DNA from: Actinomycetota bacterium
GTDB taxonomy: Bacteria > Actinomycetota > Actinomycetes > JBDIAW01
Direction of reading: 5' to 3'
DNA length: 64,000 nucleotides
Assembly (NCBI GenBank): GCA_039812585.1
Contig: JBDIAW010000001.1
Location: 15,547-79,546, forward strand
Below, piece after piece: positions 17,464-27,300 of the stretch; position 1 is the stretch's first letter; every line of letters starts with the position of its first letter. Both the position numbers and the translations under genes were made by a program. The notes beneath the pieces are model-generated. The model made no database searches. It was given only the letters and a program-made list of their open reading frames with translations, and was not told the DNA's origin.

Positions 17464-19983
17464 CTACCCACCCCCAGCCTGTTGACCTGGTTTGGGCTTA
17501 GTACTGCTGGTCGTGGTAGTCGGCAGGGTGGGTAGTGAGGAGCTTGAAGTAGAGCTGGTGGGGGTGGTCGGCTCGGTGGTGGGATCCGTCGATGTGGGGG
17601 TGGTCGGCAAAGTGGGAAGGGTGGGTTCCCCGGTTGGCAACGTGGATGCTGTGGGGGTATTGGTGGCGTTAGGATCGCTGGGATCGGTGGGCTGTCCACT
17701 GGGCGGTGCTGGGGGGGCAGTGACCGGAGGAACGGTCAATCCATCTGTGGAGCGGGCAAACTCCACTTTAGGGATGAGGTTTTTGTTGAATACTTGCAAC
17801 ATGTAGTTATACCAAATCTTTCCCGGCAATCCCCCACCGTAAAAATTGGCATAACCTCCCACTCCATTGAGGGATCGCAAGGTTGCATTACCTTGTGCAT
17901 CAACGCTCTCTCCATAGAAATTCACTGCCGTTGCTATCTTGGGAGTAACCCCCACATACCAAGCACTCTTATTATCTTGGGCAGTGCCGGTTTTCGCCGC
18001 TATCTGCAAGGTGCCTGGATCGTTTAAGGAGGCAGCTACTCTGCCAGTGGCGTACGGTTGGGTGGCTACCCGGTTCATGACGAACAGAACATCGGCGCAA
18101 AGATTACCTGCGTTCTCTTTACTGAGATCGCTAAATACTGGCTTTGCCGAGTCAGGTCCACGGTAAACCACCGTTCCATTGGGGGTTTGCGCCTCGCGGA
18201 TGAGATGGGGCTTGGCGCGTTGGCAACCCGCAGCAATAGAGGCATAAGCATTGGCCAAATCTATAGGCCGCACGGCTGCCGACCCTAAAGTCATGGTAGC
18301 TTCGGCGTTGAGCCCTCTGGCCAGATTTCGGGTAATACCAAGGTCTTCTATCGTTTTTCTAATTTGATCGAATCCAACGTGCTGAGCGATATCGACATAG
18401 GCAGTGTTAATCGAGCGTTCAGTCGCCTCGACGATATCCACGATTCCATATTTACTTGCTGGCCCATCGGTGGCATTGTTTACAGTACGCTCGGGATCTT
18501 TAGGATTGCCTGTTTTAATGGTCAACGGTGCATTGCCATTCCATCTCTTATCCCAGACGTTGTATTGCTTATCTTTCAATCCGGTCAGCATGGTAAAAGG
18601 TTTGAAAGTCGACCCCGCCTGGAGATGACCATCCATAGCCGAGTTGAATTGCACCTGCTTGTAATCAGAGCCCCCATACATGGCCAATACAGCCCCGCTG
18701 CCGGGCTGTATGGAAACCAATGAGGCGTGAACCTTGGGGTCCTTTTTTTGAATGGGCTCATAGAGATTTTCCATGGCTCGATTGGCTTCTTCTTGTAACT
18801 TCTTATCGAAGGTGGTGTAGATCCTCAGACCCCCACCATCAATGAGCTGTTCAGATACTCCACTATCAGCCAGCTCCTTACGTATAGCAGCATATAAGTA
18901 CCCATTAGGTCCACTAAAGTCTTGCATGGTAGAGCGATACGGCTCAAACTTCGGTAGTTTTTGCTTCGCGCGATCAGCAGGAGTGAGCCATCCATGCTCC
19001 ACCATCTTATTCAGAACATCATTCCATGCGAACTCGGCGCGTACCATGCGCTCTTTATGAGCGATAGACGTTTCTCCTTCTTTAATATCTTGAGTGTAAA
19101 GACCTGGGGATCGAATCAGCACCGCCAGATAAGCTCCTTGAGCCACAGTTAATTTACTGGCTGGGCATTTGAAATAAGCCTGAGCAGCTGCTTCGATACC
19201 CCATGTGCCTCTCCCCCAGTAGATAGCATTAAGATATCGCTCGAGAATTTGCTCTTTTTTGAGCTTACGGTTCACTTTCAATGCTAACAAAAACTCTTTA
19301 GACTTTCTTTTCAATGTTTGCTCAGACCCCACATAGACGTTTTTAACGTATTGTTGAGTGATGGTAGAACCACCCTGCTGATCCCCGCCTCGAAGGTTAT
19401 TGATCACAGCTCGGGTTATTCCTCGAGGGGACACTCCGCTATTGTCCCAGAACGTAGTATCTTCTGCAGCAATGACTGCGTTTTGTACATGCTTGGGAAC
19501 CTGATCAAGGGTAATACTGAAGCGGGTTTTAGTTCCCAAAATACCCATTTCCGAGTTATCGCCCCAAAAAACTTTGGTCGCCTGTGCTTCAGAATCTTGA
19601 TCAGGCTTAGGCAAGGGAGTGCGCGCGTAAGCGACGGCAAAAGCAACGACCCCAAAAATAATCAAAGCGCTAACAGCCAACGTGCCGTATTTAACGAAAA
19701 GACGTAAAACATCTTTCCAGGTCTTGTGGGGACGACCTGGGCGTCGAGCCGAAGTACCTGATGCAACTCGGGCCCCATAGACCGTCCCCGGGCCACTCCC
19801 GGTAGAAACGCCGGGACGCGGGGGGGGAGTTGGGGTGACGGGTCGACCCATGCCCCCGGGGCGTGCCGGTGCGCCACTGCCAGGAAGAGAGGGCCACTGA
19901 GGTTGCCTGGCGCCGCCATCACCCCCCGAACCTCCCGCACCGGGGGGAGGGCCTGGTGTTCCCATCGAGTTATCCACGCACAA
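17464..19983 (-). CDS. ponA: Class A penicillin-binding protein (transglycosylase + transpeptidase) with a Pro/Thr-rich C-terminal tail
   Basis: GT51 motifs 'EDTTFWDNSGV' and 'RGGSTITQQYVKN' are present, with the transpeptidase 'STFKPF' (SxxK), 'SIN' and 'KTGT' motifs. The last ~100 aa are a P/T/S-rich low-complexity region. Confidence 0.9.
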   Translation of the reverse strand: MCVDNSMGTPGPPPGAGGSGGDGGARQPQWPSLPGSGAPARPGGMGRPVTPTPPPRPGVSTGSGPGTVYGARVASGTSARRPGRPHKTWKDVLRLFVKYGTLAVSALIIFGVVAFAVAYARTPLPKPDQDSEAQATKVFWGDNSEMGILGTKTRFSITLDQVPKHVQNAVIAAEDTTFWDNSGVSPRGITRAVINNLRGGDQQGGSTITQQYVKNVYVGSEQTLKRKSKEFLLALKVNRKLKKEQILERYLNAIYWGRGTWGIEAAAQAYFKCPASKLTVAQGAYLAVLIRSPGLYTQDIKEGETSIAHKERMVRAEFAWNDVLNKMVEHGWLTPADRAKQKLPKFEPYRSTMQDFSGPNGYLYAAIRKELADSGVSEQLIDGGGLRIYTTFDKKLQEEANRAMENLYEPIQKKDPKVHASLVSIQPGSGAVLAMYGGSDYKQVQFNSAMDGHLQAGSTFKPFTMLTGLKDKQYNVWDKRWNGNAPLTIKTGNPKDPERTVNNATDGPASKYGIVDIVEATERSINTAYVDIAQHVGFDQIRKTIEDLGITRNLARGLNAEATMTLGSAAVRPIDLANAYASIAAGCQRAKPHLIREAQTPNGTVVYRGPDSAKPVFSDLSKENAGNLCADVLFVMNRVATQPYATGRVAASLNDPGTLQIAAKTGTAQDNKSAWYVGVTPKIATAVNFYGESVDAQGNATLRSLNGVGGYANFYGGGLPGKIWYNYMLQVFNKNLIPKVEFARSTDGLTVPPVTAPPAPPSGQPTDPSDPNATNTPTASTLPTGEPTLPTLPTTPTSTDPTTEPTTPTSSTSSSSLPTLPTTTTSSTKPKPGQQAGGG

Positions 19984-20359
19984 CCTCGCTTGCTCATGTC
20001 GGGTAGGCCCGACTCTGGCTCGGCCTCATGCCTCACGCGAAGGCACGTTTACAGCCACCGTAGCGACCAAGGCTGTGAAGAAAACCTACTTCACCAGAGA
20101 TTTACTCCCTTGAGCCACCACGGGCACCTTCGTCCCCTTGCGGAGATCCCTGCCAAGGGGCCAACCGCAGCCCCGCCTTCTCTTCTTTCGTCCACGCTGC
20201 CTTCAGGTTCACCACTCCATCATCCTCAGTCCACTGGGTATCGCCCCTCATGACCGGGGTGACTCTGGCTTTTACCCTCTTTTTCTCTCTTCGATGTATC
20301 GAGGCGATATATTGGTGCGGTACGTTAGCTGCCTACCCCCGTCAAAGGAGTCCACCTGT

Positions 20360-20938
20360 ATGGGTACCCGTTCCTCGGTCTACATGTTGGCCATCTTGGG
20401 GCTGCTCACCGACGGACCCATGCATGGCTACGAGCTGCGCAAACGCCTCAACGTGTTGCTGGGAACCTTGCGAGCCTTTAGTTACGGCTCGTTATACCCA
20501 TGCCTGCGTGATTTGCTCGCACAGGGTCTGATCGAGGAGGCGGGACCTGCTGATGCTGGAGCTCCCGCCCTTTCCGGCAAGCGCGCCAAGATCGTCTACC
20601 GGATCACTGCGGAGGGCAAGGAACACTTCGCTCAGCTCCTAGGTAACGCCGGCCCCTCCAGCTGGGAGGACGCTGAGTTTGGCGTTCACTTCGCCTTCTT
20701 TCGCCACCTGGACTCCGACGTGCGCCTGCGCATCCTGGAGGGCCGCCGCTCTCGTCTGGAGGAGCGACGCGAAGGGGTGCGCAGTCAACTCGCCCGCACC
20801 CGGGAGCGCCTTGATCGTTACACCCAGGAAATGCAGCGTTACGGACTGGAGTCGGCGGAGCGAGAGGTGCGCTGGATCAGCGAGTTGATCCACGACGAGC
20901 GCTCCGGTAACAAACCCCGGCATGCCCCTCATAACTGA
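20360..20938 (+). CDS. PadR-family transcriptional regulator
   Basis: The winged-helix N-terminus 'YMLAILGLLTDGPMHGYELRKRL...GSLYPCLRDLLAQGLIEE' is present, with an AAGGAG RBS upstream. It is adjacent to ino1, as in mycobacteria. Confidence 0.8.
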   Translation: MGTRSSVYMLAILGLLTDGPMHGYELRKRLNVLLGTLRAFSYGSLYPCLRDLLAQGLIEEAGPADAGAPALSGKRAKIVYRITAEGKEHFAQLLGNAGPSSWEDAEFGVHFAFFRHLDSDVRLRILEGRRSRLEERREGVRSQLARTRERLDRYTQEMQRYGLESAEREVRWISELIHDERSGNKPRHAPHN

Positions 20939-20990
20939 AGATCACAATCACATATCTGCGCCCCCATCCCCAACCTAAGGAGTCACCATC

Positions 20991-22070
20991 GTGGGAACCG
21001 TTCGTATCGCCATCATCGGGGTCGGCAACTGCGCCACCTCCCTGATCCAGGGCGTCGAGTACTACCGCAATACCCCCTCTGAAGCCCGGGTACCCGGCCT
21101 CATGCACGTACAGCTGGGTGATTACCACGTGAGCGACCTGGAGTTTGTGGCCGCCTTCGACGTGGACGCCAAAAAGGTCGGCCAGGACCTCTCGGCTGCC
21201 ACCCAGGCCAGCGAGAACAACACCATCAAGATCGCCGACGTGCCTCCCACTGGAGTGATCGTGCAGCGTGGTCACACTCTGGACGGGCTAGGCAAGTACT
21301 ACCGCGAGACGATCATCGAGTCCGACGACGAGCCGGTAGATGTGGTCGCCACTCTGCGTGAGGCCCGTGCTGACGTCGTGGTGTGCTACCTGCCGGTTGG
21401 CTCGGAGGACGCGGCACGCTTTTATGCCCAGTGCGCGATCGACGCCGGATGCGGGTTCGTCAACGCCCTACCGGTGTTCATCGCCGGTACCCCAGAATGG
21501 GCTCAGAAGTTCACCGATGCGGGGCTACCCATCGTCGGTGATGACATCAAGTCCCAGGTCGGGGCCACGATTACCCACCGTGTGCTGGCCAAGCTGTTCG
21601 AGGATCGCGGTGTGGTGCTCGACCGGACGATGCAGCTCAACGTGGGCGGCAACATGGACTTCATGAACATGCTCGAGCGGGAGCGTCTGGAGTCCAAGAA
21701 GATCTCCAAAACCCAAGCTGTTACCTCCCAAGTGCCCCACGAGATGGCCAAGCGTGACGTGCACATCGGCCCCTCGGACTACGTGGCGTGGCTCGATGAC
21801 CGCAAGTGGGCCTTCGTGCGCTTGGAGGGTCGGGCGTTTGGTGACGTGCCGCTGAGCCTGGAGTACAAGCTGGAGGTGTGGGACTCCCCCAACTCCGCTG
21901 GAGTGATCATCGATGCGGTGCGCTGCGCCAAAATCGCTTTGGACCGGGGTATCGGAGGTCCGCTGCTCTCCCCGGCCGCCTACTTCATGAAGTCCCCGCC
22001 GGAGCAGCGCGCTGACGACCAGGCCCGTGAGGACGTGGAGGCCTTCATCCGGGGCGAGAAGGAACGCTAA
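20991..22070 (+). CDS. ino1: myo-Inositol-1-phosphate synthase
   Basis: '[24 protein letters not shown]' is the Ino1 Rossmann N-terminus. The product is 359 aa with a GTG start and AAGGAG RBS. Confidence 0.9.
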   Translation: MGTVRIAIIGVGNCATSLIQGVEYYRNTPSEARVPGLMHVQLGDYHVSDLEFVAAFDVDAKKVGQDLSAATQASENNTIKIADVPPTGVIVQRGHTLDGLGKYYRETIIESDDEPVDVVATLREARADVVVCYLPVGSEDAARFYAQCAIDAGCGFVNALPVFIAGTPEWAQKFTDAGLPIVGDDIKSQVGATITHRVLAKLFEDRGVVLDRTMQLNVGGNMDFMNMLERERLESKKISKTQAVTSQVPHEMAKRDVHIGPSDYVAWLDDRKWAFVRLEGRAFGDVPLSLEYKLEVWDSPNSAGVIIDAVRCAKIALDRGIGGPLLSPAAYFMKSPPEQRADDQAREDVEAFIRGEKER

Positions 22071-22162
22071 CCACCGACTGCCCTGGTAAAAAGTCTGGGG
22101 GAATACCGCCGAACGGTATTCCCCCAGACTTTTTCATTGAACTACTCAGCGTGGGGCGGGCC

Positions 22163-22498
22163 CTATTCCATCACGTGGTCGTCCACTTTGAAGTCCAAGT
22201 GAGTGGTTCCGTCTGTCACCGAACTCACTGTCGCTGTCATACCCAGCTTGACTTCAGATTCCCCTGGCTCCACCCTGGGATAAATCACGCAGCGTAGCGA
22301 GGCTCCGACTTTGGCATCGATTCCCTCAGGGCAATCGACCCTGTCTAGAGGTTTGCCGACCTGTGCTTCTAGCGCGGATTTGGCTTTTTCTTCCACGGTT
22401 TTTTCCGAAAGACCTCTATTGGCATCTACGGAAACCGAACAGCCACTCAGCAGCGCTATCGCGCATAGCGCCCCAGCAGCAACAACTTTTGAACTCAC
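22163..22498 (-). CDS. Small lipoprotein (DUF4333-like)
   Basis: A signal peptide with lipobox 'LLSGCSV' precedes a ~90-aa mature domain. Confidence 0.5.
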   Translation of the reverse strand: MSSKVVAAGALCAIALLSGCSVSVDANRGLSEKTVEEKAKSALEAQVGKPLDRVDCPEGIDAKVGASLRCVIYPRVEPGESEVKLGMTATVSSVTDGTTHLDFKVDDHVME

Positions 22499-22648
22499 AG
22501 GTTGCCCCTTTCGTCAAATGTGATCCACAGGGGCCAGTGTGACGCTGTAGGGTGAAACTCGGTTGTCTTTGCAGGAAAACCACCATTAGGCCTAACAAGT
22601 CCCCAGTGGGTTGCCTCGTCGCCCTTCCTGCTGATCGGGACGTACAGT

Positions 22649-23243
22649 TTGCCTGTGGATTACCGGGTGGTGTTGGGTGCGCTGGCAACTGCTGTGGCTG
22701 TCATCGGCTACCTCCCGTATTGGCGCAACATGGCGCTGGGGCCGCACCAAGCCTCATGTTTTCAGCTGGTTAGTGTGGGCTGTTCTCACGACCGTGGCGT
22801 GTGCTGGGCAGATCACCGAGGGGGGTGGTCCTGGTGCATGGGTCACCGGTTTCACCGCTCTGGTGAGTTATGGCATTTTTTTCTTTGCATTGTTTCGTGG
22901 CGAAAAGAACATTACGGTGACCGATTGGCTGTGTTTACTTGGCGCAGCTGGGTCAATGGTGGCATGGTGGGCTACTCATGGCCCCTTACTAGCTGTCATT
23001 CTTATTACTATTATCGACGCGCTTGGGTTTGCTCCAACATTTCGGAAATCTTTTTACTCTCCTGACGAAGAAACGGCTTTAACTTATGCCCTCAGTGCGT
23101 TGAAGTTTATTCTGGCCATTATAGCCTTGCGGAACTTTACCGTTGTGACATGGCTTTATCCCGCATCTTTAGTAGTGATGAACGCTGGGTTCGTGGGAAT
23201 GGTTATGCTTAGGCGACGACAACTCCAAGGACACTCACCATGA
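22649..23243 (+). pseudogene. Small polytopic membrane protein, apparently frameshifted (frames starting at 22649 and 22677 join near 22740)
   Basis: Frame A gives a TM-like 'MPVDYRVVLGALATAVAVIGYLPYW' then nonsense. Frame B gives nonsense then four TM-like segments. A +1 shift at a G4 run near 22746 would yield one ~200-aa membrane protein. The 3' half is low-GC. Confidence 0.35.
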
Positions 23244-23480
23244 AACCTTTGCACCTGCCCTACTCGGTTGTTCTCATTGCCTGAGATGGCACACTCACCG
23301 ATACTCTTCCGGTATGGATCGAAGGCATCCAATCAACCTTGGCTCGATTGGGTGTATCCGCTAGTCAGCAACACATAGCTGGTCAATTTGGAAACATTGT
23401 CGGAGAAATAAACCTTGGCCTACCCAAAGAAGCCTTTCCTGCCTACCGCGACGCGCTCATGATTGGCGACACGGACAAGG
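23240..23480 (+). pseudogene. HAD-superfamily hydrolase remnant (motif I fused to motif IV, in-frame stop, internal deletion)
   Basis: It translates as 'MKPLHLPYSVVLIA*DGTLTDTLPVWIEGIQSTLARLGVS...AYRDALMIGDTDKA', which parallels the N-terminus and C-terminus of the intact HAD gene at 23576 ('LPYRAALIDWDGTLAQTLQAW...', 'AVMIGDSDKD'). A TGA replaces the first Asp of DxDGTL and the central ~100 residues are missing. GC is ~48%. Confidence 0.5.
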
Positions 23481-23484
23481 CGTC

Positions 23485-23559
23485 AGGTTTTGGGTTGATG
23501 TTTGTGCGGTTTTAGCGCGCGCAAGCGCCGCTAAAACCGCACAAACATCAACCCAAAAC
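23485..23559. repeat. Perfect 32-bp inverted repeat (hairpin) with 11-nt loop
   Basis: ggttttgggttgatgtttgtgcggttttagcg (23485-23516) is the exact reverse complement of 23528-23559. It is AT-rich for this genome and lies between the HAD pseudogene and the intact HAD gene. Confidence 0.85.
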
Positions 23560-23575
23560 CGGTGGAGGGTCAGAG

Positions 23576-24283
23576 GTGGCAGAATGGGGGGGCATGACCC
23601 TGACTGCGCCCGCCCAGGCCGACCCGCTGGAGTTGCCTTACCGGGCTGCGTTAATCGACTGGGACGGGACGTTGGCGCAGACCCTGCAGGCGTGGATGCG
23701 CTGCTACCTGCAGGCCTGCCAAGAGTGGGGCTGCCCGGCCACTCCCGAGCAGGTGGCCGCTCAGTTCGGCAGCTGGCAAGGGGTGCTGGACCTCGGGGTG
23801 GCACAGGAGTCATTCCAGGCGTACTGGGACCGGATGGACGTCCTCTTAGCACATCACCTCCCTAGCGTGGATCTCTACCCGCACGCCGTGGCTACCTTGC
23901 AGGCAGTACGCAATGCGGGGGTCTCCACGGCTCTGGTCACCACCGGGCGGCGGGCGGTATGGGGACCCAGCTTCACCAAACATGCGTTGGAGCCTCTGTT
24001 CGATGTCGTGGTCAGCGGCGATGAGGTGACTCAGCACAAACCTCACCCCGAGCCACTGTTGCTAGCGCTGCAGCGACTGGGCATCCCCGACCCTGGCCAG
24101 GCGGTGATGATCGGAGACAGCGATAAGGACCTGGGTGCGGCCAACGCCGCAGGGATGGATTCGGTGCTGTTCTATCCACCCGATCACCAGCAGTTCTACA
24201 ACAAGCCAATATTGCTTGAGCAGTACCAGCCGCGCCATCAGTGCGCCAGCTGGCGCGGTATCGGCACCGTCCTGCTGCCCTAA
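23576..24283 (+). CDS. HAD-superfamily hydrolase (phosphoglycolate phosphatase-like, subfamily IA)
   Basis: Motif I 'LIDWDGTL', 'VTTGRR' and motif IV 'MIGDSDKDLGAANAAG' are present in a high-GC gene. Confidence 0.75.
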   Translation: MAEWGGMTLTAPAQADPLELPYRAALIDWDGTLAQTLQAWMRCYLQACQEWGCPATPEQVAAQFGSWQGVLDLGVAQESFQAYWDRMDVLLAHHLPSVDLYPHAVATLQAVRNAGVSTALVTTGRRAVWGPSFTKHALEPLFDVVVSGDEVTQHKPHPEPLLLALQRLGIPDPGQAVMIGDSDKDLGAANAAGMDSVLFYPPDHQQFYNKPILLEQYQPRHQCASWRGIGTVLLP

Positions 24284-24359
24284 GGGCCGACCTGTCAACG
24301 TGTTGTGCCCAAGCTTCGCGCCCGCTACGCTCCCCGCATACTGAGCACCACGACTCAGT

Positions 24360-27300
24360 GTGATCATCGGTTCATCAGGAGTTGAGGTGCCGCGGATGTC
24401 GATCTCCCCCTACCCCCCACACCGTTGCAGGGCAAGCCTGATAGTCATGGCCGTGGTTGCCACCCTGCTCACCATCGTCAGCCCTTCCAGTGCCGCCCAG
24501 GCGATGGCAGCACCATCACCACGCTGCATGGGAAAACTCGCCACCATCGTGGGTACTGATGGACCCGACACGCTGCGGGGCACCCCCGGCCCGGACGTCA
24601 TGGTGGGGCTGGGTGGTGATGACGACATCGACGGTCTTGAGGGTGAGGACGTGCTGTGTGGTGGTCCCGGAGATGACCTGCTGCGTGGAGGCACGGGCAA
24701 AGACCGACTATTCGGCGAGGAGGGCAACGATGTGCTGGCCGGAAGCACTGCCCCTGACATGGTCGATGGTGGACCAGGCCGGGATGTATGCGCCGCTGGG
24801 CCGCAATGGCAGTGGGATTGCATCGCTGTAGCGCCAGGGCGGTTGCACGGTGTAGCGGCTCACAGCACCCGAAAGACCGAGGTGCGAATCATCGGCATTG
24901 GCCCGGTAGGTGCCAGCGTGCAAGTGTTTGGGGCCGGCGCACCTGCTAGCGCCACCATCGACAGCCAGGCAGTGTTCAGCATGACGGTGGTCTTGCGCCC
25001 AGGAGTGCGCAACCGGCTGCGCCTGGAGATTATTGGCCCTCGTCGAGACCAGGCGCAGCCGTTTTGGCTGTCAGTGCGCCAGTTGGCTCCCACCGGTACC
25101 CGCACCGTCACCGGGGAGGTACTTAACCCTGATGCCCAACCGGTGGCTGGGGCGCGAGTGGCCTACGGAAACCGGGTCAGCTTCACCTCGCCGGCCGGGA
25201 AGTACACCCTGACCGGGCTGCCCAGCGGAGCGCTGGCGTTGCAGGTCAGTAAACCGGGCTACTTAGGCAGCTTAGGAATGGTGCAGGCCGATCATCGCGG
25301 CCCTCAGTCGGTGCTGCTGCAACCTCTCGCCCCAGCGCTCACCCTCACCAGCGCGGGCACCACCGTGAGGGGGCTGGGTTACACGGTGCGCATCCCCGCT
25401 GGGGCTGTGAGCCGACCTACCCAGCTGCACGTCACGCCCGGAATCGCCACAGGAGGAACTGACGCCTACGGCTCACCGATCGTGGACCTGTCCCCCAACG
25501 GCCTGCGTTTCTCTCGACCTGTCACCGTGAGCCTGAATCCCAGCGTGTTGGGGACTACCGCCGAGCATGTGCAGGCGGTGGGGTTGAACCCTGAGACCAG
25601 CCAGGCTCGGGTATTGGACTCTCACATTGTCCAGGGCGAGGTGCAGGTCCGCGTCAGCACGTTGCAGGGGATGAAGTTCCTACTCAAACCCACCATTCAG
25701 CCCGAGGTGGAGTGTCAGCCTTACGCTGCGCTCAGCGATGCTTACCTGGCGCGTCTGTATTTACGCCAAGTCATGATTCCCCTCGTCCATGCACTGGTGG
25801 GGTATGAGGCAGCTCAACTGTGGTTTGACTATCTCGGTGGAGGGGTGGCTACACCCACCCCGGTGAACATTAGCTCCAGCAACGCCAAAGAGTTCGTGGA
25901 CGACCCCGATGCCGACCTAGCCATCTTCGAGGTCATGCACACCCTCAAAGCACACCTGACCGGCGCAGGGCCGGTACCAGCCCTGCGCCACCCCAGTAGC
26001 CCCGCCCAACGGCGTATCCGGGATTACGGGGTGGGTCACGAGGTGGCCATCACCTATCGAAACCCGTTCAACTACCCCGGCAACCTAGCCGGGGGGTTGA
26101 GCCCCGCCTCACCCTTATTGGGTGTACGCCACGACACCCGCACCATTGACGGGCCGGTGCAGTTCATCCCTTACGCCACCCAGCAAGGTGTGCTGACCGC
26201 CGTCAAAGCGATCGCCAAACCGACGTTAACCGTGGATGACAGTATGGATTTTTGCCCCGGAGATCTCACCCAAGGTCCCGAATACCACTTCACTTTGCCC
26301 ATGAGCCGTCTTGAGTCCACTGTTGATCCGCAAGATGGCAGATTCGCCCGGCCCATAGCCTTCCAGGCCCGAGCTGAGGCCAAGCAAGCCACCTACGACG
26401 TGACCCAGCGCTATCCCACCAACGACGCCGACCGTGACGGTTTTCCCGAACGTCAGCCCTGGTTGGACGGCGATTTCGTGCTGGATAACTGCCCCTCCAC
26501 GGCTAACCCAGACCAGGCCGATCGTGACGGTGACCATGTGGGAGATGCCTGCGACGATGAGGACAACCCACCCGACCCACCCGACCCTGGACCACAACCC
26601 CCCTCACTGGCGGGTTCTTTCGGTGACCCCCATTTGATCACCTACGACGGGTTGAGTTATGACTTCCAGGCCGCCGGGGATTATGTCGTCGCCACCGACG
26701 ATCGCGCGGATTTCCTGGTGCAGTTCCGTTACGCCCGCCGCGAGGCAGGGGCGCCCACGGTTTCCTATAACCGGGGGGTGGCTGCGAAGGTGGGGCCTTC
26801 GGTGATTGCCTTCGGCGATGACTCCTCAACCGACTTCCGAGCACCGCTCAACGCAACCCTCGATGGGCAGCCCCTCAACATCACTCCCACCCCCACACCC
26901 CTACCCGGTGGGGCCAGCGTGGTGCTACGAGGCAAGTACCGGGAGGTGAGCTGGGCTGATGGAACCACGTTAAGTGTTGGGCTGCGAGCGGCTGTGACCA
27001 CTCACACCCTCACCCTGGCACCCACGCGGCATGGTCGGGTGCGGGGGCTGTTCGGCAACGCCAACAGCCAACCCGGCGATGACTTGACCTCCCGCGAGGG
27101 CAGGACAGTGCAAGACGCCCGCCAGGCAGAGCAACTCTACGGTGCTTTTGGGGCCAGTTGGCGAGTCTCCGAAGGCCAGTCTCTATTCCGCACTCCCCTG
27201 CCTGCGGCCATTGGTGTGCCACTCAACCCCACGAACAACGCCACCATAGCCAACCTGACCCCCTCTCAACGCCACACCGCCGAGACCATATGCCGCTCCC

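Noticed and set aside
17433-17806. Pro-rich 88-aa (minus) and Val/Gly-rich 104-aa (plus) ORFs
   Set aside because: They overlap the Pro/Thr-rich 3' tail of ponA, so they are repeat-driven open frames rather than genes.
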